Virus record (IMG/VR): IMGVR_UViG_2529293172_000014
Direction: 5' to 3' (one strand)
Length of the DNA stretch: 12,342 nt
Source of the DNA: a virus
Taxonomy: Duplodnaviria; Heunggongvirae; Uroviricota; Caudoviricetes
How positions within the stretch are numbered: position 1 is the stretch's first letter; the number at the start of each line of letters is the position of its first letter. The position numbers were made by a program, and so were the translations under genes. Of this stretch, positions 1-5,580 are shown piece by piece. The notes under the pieces are model-generated. The model saw only the letters and a program-made list of their open reading frames with translations. It did no database searches and was not told where the DNA came from.

Positions 1-46
1 CAGGTACACCAACGGGCAGTGCCGAGCCTTCCCCCAAACCAACGTT
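1..46 (-). CDS. 5' fragment of a second tail-fibre C-terminal cassette (runs off the window start)
   Basis: Minus-strand frame leaving crossover site 29..54 encodes NVGLGEGSALPVGVP, the same junction peptide that begins the 48..509 cassette. Bases 1-54 are a near-identical direct repeat of 473-526 (4 mismatches before the site's right arm diverges). Partial, no stop in window. Confidence 0.4.
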
Positions 47-54
47 TTTATGCC
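29..54. other. Invertase crossover site (hix/gix/cix-like), copy 1
   Basis: TTCCCCCAAACC-AA-CGTTTTTATGCC: 12+2+12 layout with imperfect dyad AAACC/GGTTT around a central AA, closely resembling the Hin site TTCTTGAAAACC-AA-GGTTTTTGATAA as I recall it. Overlaps the TAA stop (48-50) of cassette 48..509. Confidence 0.65.
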
Positions 55-509
55 GCCCTTACGATATAATTAAAGGCAATATTACGAGGACGGTTTTCAT
101 TAGCTGTTGGCACGACACGAGAGGCGTCGAATCCAAGGTCATCGGTTTTGCCTATAGCAGTTGTGTTATTCGGCATTCTCGCAGATCGTGTTCCTGCATC
201 ATAAAAAGCCCCTCTGATTGCATCAAAAGACATGCCAATCCCGCCATCTGCGAACCCCTCAATATTTCTTATTGCATCCCCCTGTGAAGATAATAATTGT
301 CGCCCGGCATCCACACCACGTCCGTCATCCCAGCCACGAATAAATTCACCGCGTAAATCCGGCAATTTATTAGTAGGGTAAGCCTTTGCCAGATTTGGGT
401 ACTTTTCAGAAGAAAATGCTGCTCCGTTACATTTCAGCCACCCCGTTGGCGGAGTGGCTGAGGGCCACGGAACAGGTACGCCAACAGGCAATGCTGAGCC
501 TTCCCCCAA
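48..509 (-). CDS. Promoterless tail-fibre C-terminal variable cassette (receptor-binding tail-collar domain); the listed start is an internal Leu codon, not a true start
   Basis: Translation contains GWLKCNGAAFSSEKYPNLAKAYP...LPDLRGEFIRGWDDGRG, the phage tail-collar / tail-fibre C-terminal signature seen in Mu S, P1 S and P2 H-type fibres. The frame is open through crossover site 501..526 (TTG at 509, TAA just upstream at 519-521), as expected for a segment expressed only when fused to a constant 5' gene part by inversion. Confidence 0.75.
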   Translation of the reverse strand: MGEGSALPVGVPVPWPSATPPTGWLKCNGAAFSSEKYPNLAKAYPTNKLPDLRGEFIRGWDDGRGVDAGRQLLSSQGDAIRNIEGFADGGIGMSFDAIRGAFYDAGTRSARMPNNTTAIGKTDDLGFDASRVVPTANENRPRNIAFNYIVRAA

Positions 510-526
510 ACCAACGTTTTAGTCTT
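501..526. other. Invertase crossover site (hix/gix/cix-like), copy 2, adjacent to the invertase gene
   Basis: TTCCCCCAAACC-AA-CGTTTTAGTCTT; left arm and centre identical to copy 1, same orientation (direct repeat, offset 472 bp). Sits 55 bp upstream of the invertase ATG, as gixR does relative to gin in Mu. Confidence 0.65.
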
Positions 527-580
527 AATCCCTACCTATACCAACGATGTATTTTTAACTAAACAAAGAGGTTGTTTTTC

Positions 581-1153
581 ATGCAAATTGGCTACATTCG
601 TGTGTCAACAAATGACCAAAACACAGATTTACAAAGAAATGCACTGAACTGCGCAGGATGTGAACTGATTTTTGAAGATAAAATAAGCGGAACAAAGTCA
701 GCCAGACCAGGCTTGAAAAAGCTGCTCAGAACGTTATCAGAAGGAGATACGCTGGTTGTCTGGAAGCTGGATAGGCTTGGCAGAAGTATGAAACACCTTA
801 TCACGCTTATAGAGGAGTTGCGGGAAAAAGGTGTTAATTTCCGTAGTCTGACAGACAGTATTGACACATCAACACCCATGGGGCGTTTCTTTTTTCATGT
901 CATGGGTGCTTTAGCAGAAATGGAACGTGAATTAATTGTTGAGAGAACACTGGCCGGACTGGCAGCTGCACGCGAACAGGGACGCATTGGCGGACGTCGC
1001 CCGAAGTTGACAAAAGAACAACATGAGCAAATAGCGAGGTTGATCGAAAATGGCTACAGCAGGAAACAGTTGGCAATTATTTACGATATCGGTGTATCGA
1101 CGATTTATCGTTATCATCCTGTAGAGAAGCGCCAAACTCAATCTGAGCTGTAA
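581..1153 (+). CDS. cin: Serine DNA invertase, Cin/Gin/Hin/Pin/Min family
   Basis: MQIGYIRVSTNDQNTDLQRNAL... with the catalytic Ser in GYIRVST, conserved VVWKLDRLGRS and MGRFFFHVMGALAEMERELI blocks, and a C-terminal HTH (GYSRKQLAIIYDIGVSTIYRY). ATG at 581 is preceded by AAAGAGG; the TTG at 572 in the ORF track is a less likely start. Symbol cin is chosen from the P1-like context; the gene could equally be a Min-type allele. Confidence 0.9.
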   Translation: MQIGYIRVSTNDQNTDLQRNALNCAGCELIFEDKISGTKSARPGLKKLLRTLSEGDTLVVWKLDRLGRSMKHLITLIEELREKGVNFRSLTDSIDTSTPMGRFFFHVMGALAEMERELIVERTLAGLAAAREQGRIGGRRPKLTKEQHEQIARLIENGYSRKQLAIIYDIGVSTIYRYHPVEKRQTQSEL

Positions 1154-1588
1154 TTCTAATGCCGCGTCGGTGTAATTTATCTTGATAGAATAGGTACATT
1201 TATCGCGCGGCACATCAATTCGATGTATCTAGCGCCTGCTGACCGCTAATGAAAACTGTTCTCGAAATGTTGTCCCTAGTCCGAGACTAGGGTATCACCT
1301 CTGGAAAGCATACGCAGAACCTTTTTTAACCCAGGGTGCCCAGCCTTTTTGCTGCTCGCCTTATTCGCAAAAATTAGCTCACATCCTGCGCTTTCAAGTG
1401 CTTTTCACTGCATAGCTGTGTTTTGTTCATTTGTCTATATGCGTACATAGCCTATTAGCATATTTTCTGCCCACTATCGTTATTTATTGCAAGCTACAGG
1501 TTTTAATTAACAAAACCAGTGTGTGTGGAAATCACAAAGTGCATACCGTTCTCAAATGTTGTTCAACTTACTGTTGTATAGGTAAAAA

Positions 1589-1852
1589 ATGACATTTTAT
1601 GTACATATCGTGATGTTATCCCTTCTTGGTGGGGTGTATTCGTATTTGAGTGGGCTATGTGAAAACCGTTACGAGTCTTCATGCAAGAAATTGCTGGCCG
1701 AATGTATTTCCGCCGTACTTGCTGGCTTTATTGGCATGTATCTCGCGGAATATAAGGACATGAATGAAAGCCTTCAGAGCTGCATGGTTCTTATTTTCAG
1801 CGCCAATAGCAGGCTTATTATTGAAGGTTCCAAAAGTCGGTTGAATAGGTAA
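1589..1852 (+). CDS. Hypothetical small membrane protein (two hydrophobic segments)
   Basis: 87-aa ORF with hydrophobic stretches VHIVMLSLLGGVYSYLSGL and ISAVLAGFIGMYLA. No convincing Shine-Dalgarno sequence; lies in an AT-rich intergenic region ahead of the holin gene. Could be a lysis-associated membrane peptide or a spurious ORF. Confidence 0.3.
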   Translation: MTFYVHIVMLSLLGGVYSYLSGLCENRYESSCKKLLAECISAVLAGFIGMYLAEYKDMNESLQSCMVLIFSANSRLIIEGSKSRLNR

Positions 1853-1900
1853 GTCTCTTATGCAACATAACCGGTTGAGAAGTTACTTTGCATACCATTA

Positions 1901-1920
1901 CCTCCTGACAACGTAGGAGG
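1901..1920 (+). promoter_or_regulatory. Hairpin that can sequester the Shine-Dalgarno sequence of the holin gene
   Basis: CCTCCT (1901-1906), 8-nt loop GACAACGT, AGGAGG (1915-1920). The 3' arm is the AGGAGG ribosome-binding site 6 nt upstream of the GTG start at 1927. Confidence 0.35.
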
Positions 1921-1926
1921 GAACTT

Positions 1927-2256
1927 GTGCTTGACACACAGGAATTAGCTCCAGTTGCTATTGCGCTCCTGCTTTCAGTAATTGGTGGGATAGGCACGTT
2001 CCTGATGGATGTCCGAGACGGTCGCCAGTCTGGCAATTTGTTGGGATTGGTTACGGAGATCTTTGTTGCAGTGACAGCTGGCGCGGTGGCGTACCTATTG
2101 GGGCAACACGAGGGCTGGGAGTTATCAATTACGTACTTAATGGTAACGATAGCCAGCAATAACGGTCATGAGGTGATTTCAGGGATGAAACGAGTGAATA
2201 TCGATAGCATTCTGAATGTTCTTACAAGTTTGGTGAAAAAGGGAGGCGGGAAATGA
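1927..2256 (+). CDS. lydA: Holin-like small membrane protein (LydA-like)
   Basis: 109 aa, GTG start with a strong AGGAGG RBS. Hydrophobic segments LAPVAIALLLSVIGGIGTFL and LLGLVTEIFVAVTAGAVAYLLG, charged C-terminus KKGGGK. Position at the head of the dar operon matches recalled P1 lydA. Not alignment-verified. Confidence 0.6.
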   Translation: MLDTQELAPVAIALLLSVIGGIGTFLMDVRDGRQSGNLLGLVTEIFVAVTAGAVAYLLGQHEGWELSITYLMVTIASNNGHEVISGMKRVNIDSILNVLTSLVKKGGGK

Positions 2257-2696
2257 TTGGCTGGGGTGTATGCGTTCTTGCGTTAGCCTTAGCCGATCGC
2301 TATTTGCTAAAACGCAAGGACATCACGCATTTAGAACTTGGTGATGTGGAAATTAAACCGGGTTTCATCCGGGTGCCGTTCAAATACCGGTCTAAATTCC
2401 CGTTTTTGCGCGGCGCAACGGTCAGATATTGGATCCGCGATGTTCAGAAGCCAACGACAGTGATTGAAGGCGAACAACGTTGTCTGACGTCGGCTGAACA
2501 GGGCGAAAACAGTGAATGGTTGTACATACCCACTGAATATATGGGTAAAGGAGAACGGCTGTGGCATTTCAACGTCATGGTTACGCATGGCGACTCGTTC
2601 ATTAACCCGTTGTATCGGATTTTCCCTGTTACTCAGCAAATCCGCAGAAGTTACGTAATAAATCTCGCACAGGATGTGTCAGATGACGAAAAATAA
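2253..2696 (+). CDS. lydB: Antiholin-like protein (LydB-like), N-terminal hydrophobic anchor
   Basis: 147 aa; ATGA start/stop overlap with the preceding gene, RBS AGGGAGG. N-terminal MIGWGVCVLALALA segment then a soluble domain. Assignment by position and size relative to recalled P1 lydB. Confidence 0.5.
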   Translation: MIGWGVCVLALALADRYLLKRKDITHLELGDVEIKPGFIRVPFKYRSKFPFLRGATVRYWIRDVQKPTTVIEGEQRCLTSAEQGENSEWLYIPTEYMGKGERLWHFNVMVTHGDSFINPLYRIFPVTQQIRRSYVINLAQDVSDDEK

Positions 2697-3285
2697 GTAT
2701 GCAACGGTCGATTTTGACCAGGTTAATGAAAAGGGGCTGAAATCCCTTATCGCGGCGATCAATAAAACCGGTGTTACGGTAATTGAGGTTGACTCCAGCA
2801 ACCGCGCAACAACGAAAGATGGCGTTAAAGTTAAAACCGCAAAGCTGGTTCTTAACGACGGACAAATTCTTGCCATACAGGTAAACGATACTGGCGATAT
2901 ATCGTCTGTGAGGCTGAATGGAAAAGCTATTCCTAACGCTCAGTCGCCGGATATCAAGACGCTTGGTACCGTCATGGGGCAAGCGGCCCGCAAAAACTCC
3001 GCAAAATTCCAGAAATCACTGATCGCCAAAGCGAAACGTGTTGCCAATCCGGTAGACAAGAAACCGGCAGTAAAATCCAACTTTCAGCGCCTGCAAGAGG
3101 CAAAACAGCGGAATGCTCAGGTGGTTGCCGCTTATAAATCAGCGCAGAACTCGGTGTCTTTCAATCAACAGCAGATCACTGATTTGCGGGCGAAGCTGGA
3201 TAAGGAGACAGGCCGACTCAATAACGAAAAGGCCCGAAATGGCGAACTCAAACGCCGTCTTAAGCAACTGAAAGCAGGAAATTAA
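2683..3285 (+). CDS. hdf: Hdf-like head-morphogenesis protein of the Dar system (paralogous to the DarA N-terminal region)
   Basis: Start chosen at the second ATG (2683, MTKNKYATV), which has AGGA 8 nt upstream; the 2674 ATG has no spacing for an RBS. Shares LNDGQILAIQV / KNSAKFQ blocks with the downstream DarA-like protein (LSDGQTISILF / KNSAKFQ). C-terminal K/R-rich coiled-coil-like tail. Confidence 0.55.
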   Translation: MTKNKYATVDFDQVNEKGLKSLIAAINKTGVTVIEVDSSNRATTKDGVKVKTAKLVLNDGQILAIQVNDTGDISSVRLNGKAIPNAQSPDIKTLGTVMGQAARKNSAKFQKSLIAKAKRVANPVDKKPAVKSNFQRLQEAKQRNAQVVAAYKSAQNSVSFNQQQITDLRAKLDKETGRLNNEKARNGELKRRLKQLKAGN

Positions 3286-3286
3286 C

Positions 3287-5206
3287 ATGGAACAGTTCAA
3301 TATCAATAAAGGGGTGACGATCAAGCCTGGGCTTGACGTGCTTCCCCCGCCAGTGACTGATGATGAATATCGCGCATTAATGGCCGGTGAGGACCGCTAT
3401 CTGATGACGGAATCCAACACCCTGGAGGAAATCGAGGCTACGTTCTTCTATGACACGCCGATCCACTGGTGTGCTACGGATTTACTGGAGGCGATTAGTT
3501 CTACTCGTTTGCAGTTACACCGGACCATGCAGGCATTTGTCCGGGCATTGAACCAGAAGCTGAATGGTACCGGAATCTCTGCGGGGAGTGATAAAACGGG
3601 GGATGTGGCCCAGAGCGGCGCGCGCGCGATCGGCGGTGCTGAAATTGGCCGGGCACGTAACGTTAACGGGCTGCCGGTCCTGCCAGCCATTATTCCGCTC
3701 AGTGATGGTCAGACTATCAGCATTCTGTTTCATAGCCCGACAGCGGAAAACCGGATCACCAATAGCGATACGCTGGTTGCTTTCCAGTTCTTACTGAATA
3801 AAAAAGACGTTACTCACACCGTTGCTCCGATGAGTGGACGTGATATGACGCTGGCGCAGGTCACCATGAAACTTGCCAACCTTGCAGAGAAAAACTCGGC
3901 AAAATTTCAGCGTGCGCAGAAGAAGAAAAAAGCCCTTGTTGATGAAATAACCCAACTACAGGCTGACAGTGACCAGAAAGAGGATGCCATGAGCGACCTC
4001 GTGGATCAGGTGGCAGCGGTAGAAGGGCAGAAGGTAGATCTGGAGCAGAAAATTAACGCTGTTGCATCGGAAGCGGATTCTCTTTATGAAGAGAATGAGC
4101 GTTTGCAGACGGAGATTGATCAGCTCAATCGCACTGGTGGGCGCGATACCATTGCTCCTGCGGGGATGACTGGTGGACACTCTCGCGCGATGACGGATCG
4201 CCTTGCCAGTATCAAAAATCGTATGCATATGAACGGGGAAGTGACGCTCAGTAATGGTGCATCAATGAAGCAATTCATTGAGGACGGCGAAGGGTATATC
4301 CAGTTAACCGATTCGGATGGCAGCGTGTACATGATCAAGGCTAAATCCATACAGGGTGTGGACATGGCAGATGCGATCGGCAAGCTGTTTAAAGCCTATA
4401 AAGCGGGTAATGTATCGGAATACCTGGTCCAACCAGAAGAACATAAACCGGAAAACGTCGAACCTGAACCAGCGGAGGATACCGGTAGCTCTTCGCCTGA
4501 ACCAGAAGTCTCTGTAGGTGCATATCGATATGCCCTGCAAATGCGTCCGGCGGCCCCTGGCGCAATACCTGAAGGTAACAAAGCAATTCTGCCGCGCCCT
4601 GATGAAGGTGACCCGTATTATGAATATGCACGCTACGGCATTGCTACTTACGATACCCCGCTTTCTGATCAGCAAATGAGTGAGTACGACCTGAAGTTAT
4701 TGCCTCGCGAGGATTCTTTCGACTTCCTGGCGAAGACACTTACTAATGGTCCGTTTGGCAAATATGCACAAAAAGCTCTGGAGCTGGCCACCAGCTCACC
4801 AGACGAGTTCCGCGTAATGCTGAAAACTCAGTTTCAAAAAACTTTCCCCAATATTGCGTTTCCGGGGGGCGCTGGCACCGAGAAAATGGTGCAGAGCATG
4901 ATCAATGCATTGCAGGCCGAAGTCGGTGAGATTACTCAGCCAGAACCTGCCCCGGCACAGCCTGATGAAACGGTTAGCGAAGCAGATGCAGAGGCTAATA
5001 AAGCCATTGAATATCTCAATAACGTGATGGATATGCAAAGCACTGACATGGCGGAGATCCGTAACGCCCGGGGTAATGTCCGGGAAGCGATTGCAGCCCT
5101 TCAGGCTGCCGGGCGTTTTGAGGAAAACGAAGAGCTGGTTAATGGCGCTGCTCGCCACTTGGCTGATCTGCTGGTAGCAATCCAGAAAGCGGGGGTAGCG
5201 GCATGA
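3287..5206 (+). CDS. darA: DarA-like internal head / antirestriction protein
   Basis: 639 aa; starts 1 nt after the hdf stop with an AGGAA RBS. Central coiled-coil-like region (LVDEITQLQADSDQKED...ENERLQTEIDQL) and an acidic Pro/Glu-rich linker (PEEHKPENVEPEPAEDTGSSSPEPE). Size and operon position match recalled P1 DarA. Confidence 0.65.
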   Translation: MEQFNINKGVTIKPGLDVLPPPVTDDEYRALMAGEDRYLMTESNTLEEIEATFFYDTPIHWCATDLLEAISSTRLQLHRTMQAFVRALNQKLNGTGISAGSDKTGDVAQSGARAIGGAEIGRARNVNGLPVLPAIIPLSDGQTISILFHSPTAENRITNSDTLVAFQFLLNKKDVTHTVAPMSGRDMTLAQVTMKLANLAEKNSAKFQRAQKKKKALVDEITQLQADSDQKEDAMSDLVDQVAAVEGQKVDLEQKINAVASEADSLYEENERLQTEIDQLNRTGGRDTIAPAGMTGGHSRAMTDRLASIKNRMHMNGEVTLSNGASMKQFIEDGEGYIQLTDSDGSVYMIKAKSIQGVDMADAIGKLFKAYKAGNVSEYLVQPEEHKPENVEPEPAEDTGSSSPEPEVSVGAYRYALQMRPAAPGAIPEGNKAILPRPDEGDPYYEYARYGIATYDTPLSDQQMSEYDLKLLPREDSFDFLAKTLTNGPFGKYAQKALELATSSPDEFRVMLKTQFQKTFPNIAFPGGAGTEKMVQSMINALQAEVGEITQPEPAPAQPDETVSEADAEANKAIEYLNNVMDMQSTDMAEIRNARGNVREAIAALQAAGRFEENEELVNGAARHLADLLVAIQKAGVAA

Positions 5207-5568
5207 CACTATCAGCTATTGAGTTAATGGATCTCAGCGATAAGTTGGATGCTTTGATGTCCAAAGCGGCTACCGCGAGTGGCATGGAGTTGCTGGATAT
5301 CAGCGATGAAATTGACCAGATCATGCAACAGATGGGGTACGGTGTGTCCGGTGGCAGTAGTGGCGAGGAAAAACAACCTTCGGTACATGATGGTGTGCCA
5401 AAACTGGTTGCTGATTTCCTGGCTGATAAATTCGTCGATCAGAGCACCGATGCATTTATCGGTACCTTGCAGGATTTGAGTCAATATGTTGGCACATACA
5501 TCGACCTGGACCAGGTTAAACAGCACACGGCGGCATGGATAGCCGCCAACATTAAAGAGGCAGCATAA
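5203..5568 (+). CDS. ddrA: DdrA-like small Dar-operon protein
   Basis: 121 aa; ATGA overlap with darA. Contains an internal tandem repeat IELMDLSDKLDALM / MELLDISDEIDQIM. Confidence 0.55.
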   Translation: MTLSAIELMDLSDKLDALMSKAATASGMELLDISDEIDQIMQQMGYGVSGGSSGEEKQPSVHDGVPKLVADFLADKFVDQSTDAFIGTLQDLSQYVGTYIDLDQVKQHTAAWIAANIKEAA

Positions 5569-5580
5569 GGCGTAACAGGG

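Noticed and set aside
29-526. Possibility that the two crossover sites bound a simple invertible segment
   Set aside because: Both sites carry the same central dinucleotide and arm order on the plus strand (direct orientation), so they cannot be the two ends of one invertible segment; each must pair with an inverted site outside the window.
572-580. TTG start at 572 giving MFFMQIGY... for the invertase
   Set aside because: ATG at 581 (MQIGYIRVST) matches the conserved N-terminus of Gin/Cin/Hin invertases and has the AAAGAGG RBS at the right spacing.
592-1213. Minus-strand ORFs 592..879 and 932..1213 overlapping the invertase gene
   Set aside because: Antisense shadow ORFs inside a well-supported conserved gene; low-complexity translations.
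1274-1292. Perfect 7-bp inverted repeat CCCTAGT-N5-ACTAGGG in the cin-lydA intergenic region
   Set aside because: A 7-bp palindrome is expected several times by chance in 12 kb; no T-tract (not a terminator) and no flanking promoter hexamers I could match. Possible operator, but unsupported.
1818-2159. Minus-strand 113-aa ORF overlapping the holin gene
   Set aside because: Antisense to a gene with a strong RBS and membrane-protein features; likely spurious.
2331-2982. Minus-strand ORFs 2331..2639, 2629..2982 and 2679..2876
   Set aside because: Antisense to the coupled lydB/hdf genes; no RBS; shadow ORFs.
3448-5209. Multiple ORFs antisense to or out of frame with darA (for example 3564..3797 +, 4304..4675 -, 4796..5209 -)
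   Set aside because: All lie inside the 639-aa darA frame; Arg/Cys-rich low-complexity translations typical of off-frame reading of GC-rich coding DNA.
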